Origin: Asterionella formosa
Lineage: Eukaryota
Direction: 5' to 3'
Assembly: GCA_002256025.1 (NCBI GenBank)
Contig: NKIB01014467.1
Coordinates: forward strand, 1 to 43,093
Length of the DNA stretch: 43,093 bases
Positions 1 through 9,628 of the stretch are shown here, one piece after another. The notes under the pieces are model-generated. The model did not search any database. It had not been told where the DNA came from and saw only the letters and a list, made by a program, of their open reading frames with translations. The translations under genes and the position numbers were made by a program. Every line of letters begins with the position of its first letter. The first letter of the stretch is position 1.

Positions 1-126
1 GTTTTGATTTTGTCGACGAGCGAGGCAGAACGACTATTAACGGCGGGCGGAATCCCTGGTTTTGAATTATATTCTCGTTGTAATCAACAAGAAAATAATT
101 TGATCAAACGATTATCTTTTTTCTGA
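1..126 (+). CDS. Possible 3' end of an upstream gene
   Basis: Frame 1 is open from the window start: VLILSTSEAERLLTAGGIPGFELYSRCNQQENNLIKRLSFF*. It is protein-like but no family was recognised. Confidence 0.25.
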   Translation, partial: VLILSTSEAERLLTAGGIPGFELYSRCNQQENNLIKRLSFF

Positions 127-457
127 TTATGGCTGTGCGCAAACGCGGTGATGATTCATGCTGTTTTACCTACAGCCGGGTACTCGTTGGAATTTAAGTA
201 GCTATGATACCATCTTCTCGGTTGATGGCAACAGAATTTTACCGGTATGGTAGTAATAAATGTACCGGTACTGGGGAACGGTATCAGATACCGGAGGTAC
301 CTGGTCAAGAAAAGAGTCGAAGAGGTCCAAAACGCATTCTCCGGTGTCGACAAATTCTTCTTAACGTACCCGGTATGATGATTCGGCCGGCCAGCCCCCA
401 GATCTTCTCAGAAGTCAGTTCTTGCGTGTATCTACTGTACCGATAGTGATAGTGCCA

Positions 458-478
458 GGTACCTGGTACCTGGTACCA
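458..478. repeat. GGTACCW heptamer tandem repeat (3 units)
   Basis: GGTACCT GGTACCT GGTACCA read directly from the sequence. Confidence 0.9.
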
Positions 479-920
479 GTCTAATTGTTTTAAATTTATA
501 CTGTGCGTACTTACCACTTACCACACTTGTATGCATGCATCAAGAATTACTGTACATTTAACCCAACGTAAAATTCTAATAGGTATTCCATATTAGCAAT
601 ACAGGATACATACCGTAATGATTACGTTGCCCCCGGTACTTTGTGCTCGTCAACTGGAGGGGTGATATGGCTATGCGGCTGTATATACGGTATTGCTCTT
701 GATATGACTGTGAATACAGATGCACATTTACCGTATATTACTAGATTACCCGGTAGAAGAAGGTTCATTGCTTCGATTTCCAGCAAATCATCATACCGGT
801 ACCCATTGATTGTCCTCCCCCCTAGATCCACTCATTGCCGTTGGGATCCCTGCAAGTTGTCACTTGCAACAAGCCCTTACTTTATTATCGCGAAGATATT
901 ACATTGAACTACATTCTGTC

Positions 921-934
921 GTGTGTGTGTGTGT
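921..934. repeat. (GT)7 microsatellite
   Basis: gtgtgtgtgtgtgt read directly from the sequence. Confidence 0.8.
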
Positions 935-1148
935 GGCCGAACGATTGATCTTGCCGCCACGCATAAATACGCATCCGCCCGCCAGTACTCGGTCCTTCTT
1001 TCGTGGAAGCCCGGGTTCCTTGCAAGGGCTGGAACAATAACACTGGTACAACTCTAATTGTACAAGCAACTCAGCGAACCAAAATTTCATCAGAATCTGT
1101 GAGCGGATCATCAATCAGATCGACCAATCGTTTAGTGGCATATCAGGA

Positions 1149-4100
1149 ATGGCCATGAGTGACGACGCGGAGGAACGAAAGCGCAAGCGCCTCGAGGCTT
1201 GGAGGAAACGACAGCAGGGCAGTACTCCAGTTGTCAAAGTCACTCTATCCTTGGGAACAACAGCCAAAAAGGCAAAACCAAAGTCACGTGTTTCTGTCTG
1301 TTCCAATCCATTCGGAGAAGGCGACGAAGATGAAGAGCTCCCGAACCGAAAATCCATGGGATTTCATTTGGACGATGACAAGGAGGACGGAGGCGACGAT
1401 AGCTGGGAGCAACAAGTGCCGGTAAAGAAGCGCCGGCGATGGGACAGCCAGCCTGAAATCAGCAATATTGGTGACGCACTTGACAAGTTCATGGAAAAAC
1501 TTGAAGCAGACGACACAGTGACTACGCAAGAAACAAGTTTGAGCATTGATATCAGCGGATCGATGATGCGACCAATCACTTCAAAGATTCGCACGCCGCT
1601 GAGTGGAGGTGTCATTACCCCAGAGCAATTACAACAGTTGAGTAGCGGTGCCGCCTACAAAACTTCAAAAGATCCGGATGCCCTCTATTCAGCTAGTGAT
1701 TGGGAAAGCGATGCTCAAGGGAATTCAAGTGAACCCGAAACGGACGATGACGAAGAACAGCAACGACGAAAACTCATTGAAGCTCTCAAGTCTGCCCCGG
1801 GACCAACTGATGAAGGGGAAGATGTTGAGGTCTCAAATCGACCAGCTCAACTGGCGGCGGAAGTCAAGACGGAGAAACAGCGACGAGAAGAACGGTTTAG
1901 AGAACTTGAACGAGAAGCCGAAGCTGCCAAACGTTCAGCTGCATCAGAGTCAGACTTTGGGAGGCTATACAACGATGGTGAAGGAGGCGTTATGGAAGAA
2001 GCCGAGCGCAACCTAGATGCCGCTATGGGAGCACCAGATGCTTTGGAGGTCTTGGCAGAACTTAACAAGAAGAAGGAACTGAAGGCAGTGGATCACAGCA
2101 AGGTGGACTACATTCCCTTCAACAAGAATTTGTATATTGTTCCAAGGTCACTTGCTGCGTTAACACCAGATGAGGTCGCAGATCGCCGTGCAAAGCTCAA
2201 GGTCAAAGTACGCGGACAAGGAGCCCCAGCTCCAGTCTCAAGTTTTGAAGAATGTGGGTTATCAGAACGTCTCATTGGAATTTTAGAGAAACAAGACATC
2301 AAAATGCCATTTCCAGTGCAGGCGCAGTGTATCCCTTGCATTATGGCTGGCCGTGACGTGATTGGTATTGCCAAGACTGGTTCGGGAAAGACACTTGCAT
2401 ATCTGTTACCATTGCTTCGGCACATTTCCGACCAGCCTCCGCTAGGGCCACAAGAATCTGGCCCTATTGGTTTAATATTGGCACCTGCTCGAGAACTTGC
2501 GTCTCAAATTCATTCAGTGTGCAAATTTTTTTCCAAGCACCTGAATTTAAAGTGAGTTATTTTGGTTCTGCCAATTTTTGAGAAGTACCACAATTTCTCT
2601 AACCATGCTTTATTACTAACAAGGCACAAAATGGCCATATCACGTGGTTGCTAACACGGGCGACAGAATGATGTTGTCGACTATTGCTTGAACTTTTTTG
2701 TTGTTATTTGATTCTTTTCTCATTCATTTTTCCTTGTTTCCTTCTTGCAGGTCAACGGCTGTATATGGTGGAGCTGCAGTGGCGGAACAAATTGGAGAGC
2801 TAAAACGAGGAGTTCACATTGCAGTTGCTACTCCTGGCCGTCTCATTGACATTCTTACCATGCAATCAGGAAAGCTTTTATCACTTCAGCGAGTTTCTTT
2901 CATTGTTTTAGATGAAGCCGACCGTATGTTCGACATGGGATTTGCTCCTCAAATTTCAGCTATTATCTCGGCTGTCAGACCAGATAGGCAGACAGTGTTG
3001 TTTTCAGCTACATTCCCCAAAACGGTGGAACAACTGGCAAGAAAGTCACTCCTATTCCCCATCGAAGTTTTAGTCGGCGGTCGGTCAGTCGCATCTGATA
3101 ATGTCACGCAGTTCGGCGAGGTCGTGGAGGAGGAGGATAAATTCCTTCGGCTGCTGCAATTGTTGGGTGAACACGTCGACGAGGGCAAGAAAGTGATCGT
3201 CTTTGTGGATACTCAAGTCAAGGCTGACAATGTTTTCGAGCAGTTGCTTCGATGTGGATATGTCTCGCTTTCGCTTCACGGTGGAAAAGAACAGGAAGAT
3301 CGCGATTCCACTATTTCTGACTTCAAAAGAAAGGATGGTCCCTTAGTACTCGTAGCCACTGGAGTGGCTGGACGCGGTTTAGATGTGCCTTCGTGTGGTT
3401 GCGTCATCAATTTTTCGCCACCGAATCACCTCGAAGCCTACGTACATCAGGTGGGTCGCACAGGTCGAGCGGCAGCTAAGGGATTTGCGTTCACCTTTGT
3501 CAATTCAACTGACGAAGCCAAGTATGCCCCAATCATTGTACGAGCACTGAGCGAAGCTGGACAATCCGAGAATATTCAGGCCGCCCTGAAGGAGCTCTCC
3601 ACTGACTTCAAAGAGAAGGTCAATCGCGGTGAAGCTAAATATGCAGGTTCAGGGTTCAAGGGCAAGGGATATTCATATGATTCTAATGAGCTAAGCGACG
3701 CGCAAAAACTAGCACGAGCTGAGAGGCGGCAAGCATTAATCGAAGCTGGGCTTTTGGATGCTGACGACGACGACCCGTGTATCGAAGCCGACAAGGAAAA
3801 ACCAAATGCCGAAGCGGACAAGCCTTCAACTGCAGAAAGCAGAGAAAAAGAAGCTAATATTGCCACTGCCATGAATGCTGCCGAGATGCAAAAGTTGACA
3901 CCTGAGCTGATGTTATTGCCGGGTATGAGAGAAGCAATCCTTCGTAAGGCAGGAATTTTGAAGGATGATGACGATGAGTTGTTGGATCCAGGAAGCAAGC
4001 CAGTGCAAATGGGTCCGAGTCATTACTTACAAGAAGTGGAGATCAATGATTATCCTCGTGAAGCTCGCTGGAAGGTAACTCAGAAGGAGACTACCAGCCG

Positions 4101-4341
4101 ACTACAATTTGAATTTCAGACTGCCGTGACACTCAAGGGTAGCTTCTTTGGTCCAGGCCGCACAGTTGGCGATGGTGAGCGTAAGTTGTATCTTCATTTG
4201 GAAGCCAAAACAGAGCAGATTTTGAAGAATTGTGTCCTCGAAATACGAAGGCTCCTGAACGAAGAAACACTCCGGGTGAGCGCTAGACAAGCAGGTGGTG
4301 GGGTAGGTGTGTCGTCCCACAAGTATAGTGTTTTAAGTTAG
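1149..4341 (+). CDS. PRP5: DEAD-box RNA helicase Prp5/DDX46 (U2 snRNP / branch-point recognition); 2 exons: 1149-2551 and 2751-4341
   Basis: Q motif (PFPVQAQCIP), AKTGSGKT, PARELA, TPGR, DEAD, SAT, GRGLD and HQVGRTGR. N-terminal RLEAW, DALDKFM, and C-terminal EINDYPREARWKVT are typical of Prp5/DDX46. Intron 2552-2750 (GTGAGT...TTGCAG) joins the two ORFs in frame (HLNLK|STAVYGG). Confidence 0.93.
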
Positions 4342-4439
4342 ATATAGTATAGTGCTTATACAAATGACTTCAATGTACAACCACTCAGAACGAACAATCT
4401 TCCTTATCAAAAAATATCTATTCGATGTCTAACAATACT

Positions 4440-5387
4440 TTATACATTATTTTCGCTAGTTTGTTGGGCCCTTCGTTCTGCCGCTTCCAGCATGGCTGCC
4501 TTGGCATCCGTCTTTCCTCTGGAGGTGCTACCCAGTGTTCGACCTGATCCTGCAAATGCAGGTGTACTAACAGTTGGTGGTGATGTGTTGGTAGAAACAC
4601 CACTACCCGAAGGCACAGCGGTCATTCCAGTGCTACTACCGGTACTGGATACCCCATGATCTCCTGTCGCAGCATGTCCGACCACCCATCCTTCGCGTTG
4701 CGTAAAGTTGACTAGAATTGACTCTTCCCATTGACGAAACCTTGAGGGATTGACTTTGAGTCTGTCCAAGTATCCGTAACCATAGGCATATCCAACACCA
4801 ATAGAAATCAAGTATCCAGCAAGATTCCCCCCTCCAACCAGCATAAACAATAGCCAGATTGCCAATGGATAGTACAGTGTGGGTACTTGGAAAAAGAATA
4901 ATTTCCGTTGTTCATTTGCAGGTGCTTTGGAGCATTCGGAGGCGATGATGCCAAAAAGGACGGTCCATATGCCTGAGCTCTGCCACCAAAGATAGCCTTG
5001 GTCGTTGGAAGCAAACGATAGTAGTAGACATAGGCAGCAAAAGATCAAATTGGAGATGAATGCAATGGTGAGCAGGAGCCAAGCAAAGGCGGTCGATCCC
5101 AATGAATGCTCCAATCGTTTTCCACTATCCAAAAAGCTTAGATACGCAAAGATCAGACTCAAAGTGCTCTGACAAACAAGTGGACTCAAGAGAAGACGGT
5201 ATATTTCGAACCTGTAGATTGCAAAGTGGGGTATAGTGTCGAGGGCGTATGATGCGTCAAGAAAGAAAGAAAGGAACCAAGAGCAAAGGAGAGTTGTTAG
5301 GGTGTATCTAGTCACTAACGGTGTATCTCGCACGAAGGATTCATAAGCAGACAGAATAGGGTTGGGAGGTGGGGGACCAGATGACAT
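4440..5387 (-). CDS. Rhomboid-superfamily (Derlin/rhomboid-like) membrane protein, probably catalytically inactive, with a C-terminal p97/Cdc48-binding tail
   Basis: TPLVTR start, EIYRLLLSP (WR-like loop), LEHSLGS and about six hydrophobic helices. Tail contains FAGSGRTLG (SHP-box-like) and KAAMLEAAERR (VIM-like). Confidence 0.8.
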   Translation of the reverse strand: MSSGPPPPNPILSAYESFVRDTPLVTRYTLTTLLCSWFLSFFLDASYALDTIPHFAIYRFEIYRLLLSPLVCQSTLSLIFAYLSFLDSGKRLEHSLGSTAFAWLLLTIAFISNLIFCCLCLLLSFASNDQGYLWWQSSGIWTVLFGIIASECSKAPANEQRKLFFFQVPTLYYPLAIWLLFMLVGGGNLAGYLISIGVGYAYGYGYLDRLKVNPSRFRQWEESILVNFTQREGWVVGHAATGDHGVSSTGSSTGMTAVPSGSGVSTNTSPPTVSTPAFAGSGRTLGSTSRGKTDAKAAMLEAAERRAQQTSENNV

Positions 5388-6306
5388 GGCTTATTAATTG
5401 GTAGGCGCCTTTCTCTTGCTTGTTGTCGTTGCAAGTGAGCACGTCTCAATCTCTGAATTAAGAAATCCTAATAGCTGTTGATCGCTTTTAGATTCGATTC
5501 CATCTCGTCACAATCACTGGAAGTAGCTACCTGGTACCGGTACATACCTTGTACAACAACCACAAAAGGCAACCGTCTTTATGATATGGGAGTCATGATC
5601 ATGCCGGTATACGCAGTATACAGTACTATCGAATCTCTTTATGTGAATATCTTCATACCGGAATATATATCATAATCCTATGTATTTTATTGGTTGTTAC
5701 ACCATATCTTTTGTTCATCACAACTGAGCATGTTTCTTATCATGATAAAAACCATGTTATGTCGTCATTGCGTTCCTCCAATTCAAGTTTTGATCATAGG
5801 AGCGAGGGCTTGCAACAGCTGGCGTCAATACACAAATGTCGCATACTGGTATAGTATGTTGTACATATGTGCCCACCACCAGGCGAAGTGGTGCAACATC
5901 AGCTGCATCCAACTGGCTGTCTCGCATCATCATCACAATAATCATCGCACCATCTTTTCAATAAATACACTAGACCTCCGGTATGCACGTACACTACATG
6001 ATAAGCAAATCATAAAATTGAAAGGTCCGCTACGATCATTGCATTGCCATGATGACAAATGGTTATAGCCATCCTTCCATTCGAATTGCTTGCTAGGTCA
6101 CGATATAATTTGATGCTACTTTCTTGCCATGCATGCTTCGAACCAGACACCATTGAGAGTTCTCGATCATAGGAATACTACGATATATATATATATTGAT
6201 GAATTGAAATAGGTCTGAATCCGAGTCCAATAACTGATTGTTGTTTGTTGTTCCAACGACCGTAGACTTAGCTCAAACAACCCGATTCTGTTAGCTTGGC
6301 TGCAAG

Positions 6307-9036
6307 ATGGAAGGTAACGGTTCGCACCAGAAAGACCAAGCCAAGAGTAACGATGTATCCAAGAAACGAAAGCTAAAACCGAGCCCTTTTAGAATCAAGA
6401 CTGGTGTCATTGCAGCTCTTCGCTACCGATCTGACGGCAATCGGCTGGTTCGAATTAACAAGGAAGAACCGTCACAATCCAATTCCTATACTGAGGTTTG
6501 GGCAGATCCACAACCTGGTCGAGAAGAAGGTATGGCCTTGATTGGGAGACGAATACGAGGGGCCTTTCCAAAGTCTATTTTGGAGGGAGGAGTCGTTGCG
6601 ACAACTCGGGTGATTGAGGGAGAAATCATTTCCTTGATCAATTACGATTCTCAATGGGAAGAAATTAGGCAACGGAGGCGTCAAAGGCAGCCGATTGGAA
6701 CAACCGTGGAACTCTTGGTGGACAGAAGCGTGTTGTCAGCGATCCCCATGCTTCAGCGAACGGATTGTGATTTGGACAAGAATCAGATGAATGAGATTGA
6801 AAAGACAAGATATGGATACGAAGAAAAAATCAGAGGAAAAGATAAAGTTGTTGTAAAGGTATGCTTGTCTGACATTAGCAAGATTGCCAGCAAGGATGGG
6901 ACTCCTGCGCACAACGATTTCATGGTGGCGCAATGGAAAATTAGAAAGAGAATTCCAGTTGGGACCGTCGAAGAAACAACGGAAATTTTTAATGGGGAAG
7001 TTGGTAAGAAGAGGATTAAGCGAAAAAAGATCTCGCAGACCCAGTTCATTGGAGATTGGAATGATCCACCCAAAACGCAAGAACGAAATTGGCGATGGAT
7101 GGCTAGTCGAACTACCGAATTGGGTGTGCTGGGACGACCTGACGAAGAGGTATTTGTTGGGGAAGTACTGAATGTAGAGCCACAAATTAGTGGCGAAACA
7201 ATTGCCTTTGTCACCCTGCGTCGATTGGCCTTTCCAGAACATACTCGCACTGGACGGAAACCCTACCATGGAAAGAACGATGTTTATGATCTTGATGGAG
7301 ATTCTGCGGGTCCCTTTAGAGTTCCAATTGAAGAATTAGTTATTGTTCACAGAAAATTTGAACGGGAAAACTACGAGTCGAGGAAACGGGACCACTCTGC
7401 CTTCCCAGTGGTTCGCTACAAGTACATGGAGAAAGAAAATGTTTTTAGGCCAATAATTGTCCACAAAGGCGAAGTTGGTGGATCTACTTGTCATCGGTGT
7501 AGGATGAATTCATTGTCAAATGAGAAATCAATGTGCTCTGATTGCACCAAAATTATTAGACCATATCGAAAAGCCTTTGCAACGACACTCGCTGACGCTT
7601 GCGACTGCAGAATCTGCACAAGAAAAATTGCACATCGAATGGAAGAAATGTTGAAAACAAATCTTCATATGGCAGAAGATATACTTGAGGGGGAAGAAAT
7701 TAAAAATGAGGAGTGTGATCGAGAAAAGTCGGCGATTTGTTGTGTTTGTTGTTTGTCTTGTACGTCGGGTGTACAATGCGATATGTGTCCTGTTGTGATG
7801 CACCAGCGATGTTTTGTGTGGGGTGGACGTGTCGATGGGAAAGATCCCGAGGAAACTCTCTGTCGATCTTGTTCATTTGAAGTTCACGCAGATGATATCA
7901 ACCGCGAGGACGCACTTGCGAAAGCTACGTCATTGGCGAGAGCCATGTGTCCCATTGATTTCGATTTACCGCCTAATTTCTTCGATCCCGGCATGTTGCC
8001 CGTTCCGTCGCCGAAGGCAGTAACTTCAGCCAAGGATAAAATGACTGTGCTTACATTAACTCCGAATGGGAAAAGGAGAGGGCGACCCCCAAAGTCTGCT
8101 AAATCGGAAATTATCGAAGTTACGGCACAATCGCAAACCCCAATTGCAAAGAAAAGAGGACGACCACCAAAGTCTACCAAAAAAGAAAAGGAACCCCAAG
8201 ATAATCAGTCCGTTCCTTCTCTTATATTTCCTAATGAAGAAAATGACAAAGAATTCCGACCAGCTTGCAGCCGGACGCATCAATATGACCCAATTACGAG
8301 GCGTTTCAGTGGAATTCCAAAGCATCAAAGTTCCCACGTAATTTTTGGGAGGCCTGATACTCGCCGGAATCATCGGAAACAAGGTGAAGATGAGTACGAT
8401 GATGACAAGCGAGCGACTGGTCGAGCAGCTCGAGCCAGTCAGCGTCGCGTGATGAAGGACATTGCCAAGTTTGGCTCATCGAGCATGGAACTAGATGCAC
8501 TGGCAAGTCGTGAATCTCAGCTTCGTTTCGATCGAAGTGGAATTCATGCATGGGGAGTGTTTGCTGATGCAGATATCAATACTGGAGAGATGGTGGTTGA
8601 GTATCGTGGTGTCCTTATTGGTAACGCCATGGCTGAGAAACGGGAGAATGAATATGAGCAGGCCAAAATTGGAAGCGACTACATGTTTCGAATCGACGGT
8701 TTCAATGTTTGTGATGCAACCAAGCATGGAAATGTTGCCCGCTTCATTAACGCTAGTTGTGACCCGAACTGCTACACAAAAATCATTACCATTGATGGGA
8801 CAAAGCGTATTGTAATCTACGCCAAGAAAGATATCAATACTGGGGAAGAACTCACTTATGATTACAAATTTCCTCTCGAATACAACCAGGAAAAGCGAAT
8901 TCCGTGTCACTGCGGAACCAAGGAATGTCGGGGTTTCATGAATTGGGATAAGCGTTATGTTGTAGTACCGTTGAAACCGCCAGAGGAGAAAGATTCAGTG
9001 CGAGCTGTTTCCAATAAGCATCCTAGTGATCCATAA
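6307..9036 (+). CDS. Set1/COMPASS-type SET-domain histone (H3K4) methyltransferase with BAH-like region, PHD-like finger, two AT-hooks and post-SET
   Basis: SGIHAWGVFA, VEYRG, YMFRID, DAT.HGNVARFINASCDPNC, GEELTYDYKF and post-SET CHCGTKECRG. n-SET RxxxRR motif (RASQRR). AT-hooks KRRGRPPK and KKRGRPPK. Cys-rich CCVC...CDMC..VMH..C...CRSC. Single long ORF. Confidence 0.9.
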   Translation: MEGNGSHQKDQAKSNDVSKKRKLKPSPFRIKTGVIAALRYRSDGNRLVRINKEEPSQSNSYTEVWADPQPGREEGMALIGRRIRGAFPKSILEGGVVATTRVIEGEIISLINYDSQWEEIRQRRRQRQPIGTTVELLVDRSVLSAIPMLQRTDCDLDKNQMNEIEKTRYGYEEKIRGKDKVVVKVCLSDISKIASKDGTPAHNDFMVAQWKIRKRIPVGTVEETTEIFNGEVGKKRIKRKKISQTQFIGDWNDPPKTQERNWRWMASRTTELGVLGRPDEEVFVGEVLNVEPQISGETIAFVTLRRLAFPEHTRTGRKPYHGKNDVYDLDGDSAGPFRVPIEELVIVHRKFERENYESRKRDHSAFPVVRYKYMEKENVFRPIIVHKGEVGGSTCHRCRMNSLSNEKSMCSDCTKIIRPYRKAFATTLADACDCRICTRKIAHRMEEMLKTNLHMAEDILEGEEIKNEECDREKSAICCVCCLSCTSGVQCDMCPVVMHQRCFVWGGRVDGKDPEETLCRSCSFEVHADDINREDALAKATSLARAMCPIDFDLPPNFFDPGMLPVPSPKAVTSAKDKMTVLTLTPNGKRRGRPPKSAKSEIIEVTAQSQTPIAKKRGRPPKSTKKEKEPQDNQSVPSLIFPNEENDKEFRPACSRTHQYDPITRRFSGIPKHQSSHVIFGRPDTRRNHRKQGEDEYDDDKRATGRAARASQRRVMKDIAKFGSSSMELDALASRESQLRFDRSGIHAWGVFADADINTGEMVVEYRGVLIGNAMAEKRENEYEQAKIGSDYMFRIDGFNVCDATKHGNVARFINASCDPNCYTKIITIDGTKRIVIYAKKDINTGEELTYDYKFPLEYNQEKRIPCHCGTKECRGFMNWDKRYVVVPLKPPEEKDSVRAVSNKHPSDP

Positions 9037-9628
9037 TGCATACAACTTGAGTAGCCAAGGGAACATCAAGTTGTTAAAAATCTGTGATAAAATAGTAACC
9101 ATTTGAGTAATCTTATTTCCATAAGCAACCAAATACATTATGTGCAAGTGGACACAAAAAAGACATCGCCTCATCCAGATGAGATGAGATAATTGATTTC
9201 CATGGTTGTCAATTACATTCATAGAACAGAATCCCGTTATGATAGCTATAATAACTAATACATGTTTTGGAAATAGCACAGTTTCGTGGTCATGTCAAGA
9301 GTTCGATCCTGAGGAATTTTTCACGGGCATTGCTGGCAGTACCAGGTACCATGTACCGTATTCTACCGGTACGTTGAAGTCTACCGGTATTTATGTATTA
9401 TATTTGTATGTACCCCTATTCATAATTTTATATTCCAGGTAAACCGTAGGCAGTTTCATCCATTTCGACACAGCCGAGTTCCCGTTCCAACTGAATTGGA
9501 TTTGTTATCGTCAGTGCGGCAGGATGATGGCTGATATTTTCCAAAGGAGAGTACCAGGTACTGTATATCGGTAAAGGTATATTTTCCTTGGACTTGTCGA
9601 GGTAATACATTCCCATTTGCCAACAACC

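Noticed and set aside
2668..2750. Possible intronic C/D snoRNA in the long Prp5 intron (ATGATG resembles a C box)
   Set aside because: No CTGA D box downstream and no terminal stem.
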